Shown here: in pieces, positions 63,936 through 64,000 of the stretch | How the letters are laid out: the number at the start of each line of letters is the position of its first letter | Numbering within the stretch: position 1 is the first letter of the stretch | Assembly (NCBI GenBank): GCA_964016885.1 | Contig: OZ024762.1 | Span: 22,196,001 to 22,260,000, forward strand | Reading direction: 5' to 3' | DNA length: 64,000 nt | DNA from: Eledone cirrhosa | Taxonomy: Eukaryota | The notes under the pieces: generated by a model | Seen by the model: the letters and a program-made list of their open reading frames with translations, nothing else | Databases searched by the model: none | Told to the model about the DNA's origin: nothing | Position numbers and translations under genes: made by a program

Positions 63936-64000
63936 ATATATATATAGGAACGAGTAGGACCCCGACGGCTGAGCTCCAGAATTAGCCGTCGAAACGGCTT

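Overview
Repeat-saturated eukaryotic DNA with no confidently identifiable host gene. The SINE families and microsatellite density suggest a mollusc, probably an octopus; this is inference. The centre (12961-24617) holds two near-identical, full-length, head-to-tail Tx1/L1-group LINEs. Each has ORF1 with a CCHC knuckle and ORF2 with APE endonuclease, RT and a zinc finger. Both sit in (ATT)n tracts: copy 1 in the tail of a SINE, and copy 2 abutting the tail of copy 1. The abundant tRNA-headed SINE shares its 3' end and ATT target with this LINE, so it is a likely LINE/SINE pair. Independently, the (TA)n tracts contain many short elements carrying type I hammerhead ribozyme motifs, most likely Penelope-like pLTR or retrozyme-like remnants. 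About ten long fold-back palindromes also occur, one centred exactly on the ribozyme stem III. The rest is RTE fragments, DNA-transposon remnants, minisatellites and simple repeats. Nearly all ORFs in the supplied track outside the LINEs are microsatellite artefacts. All coordinates were read by eye and may be off by a few bases.
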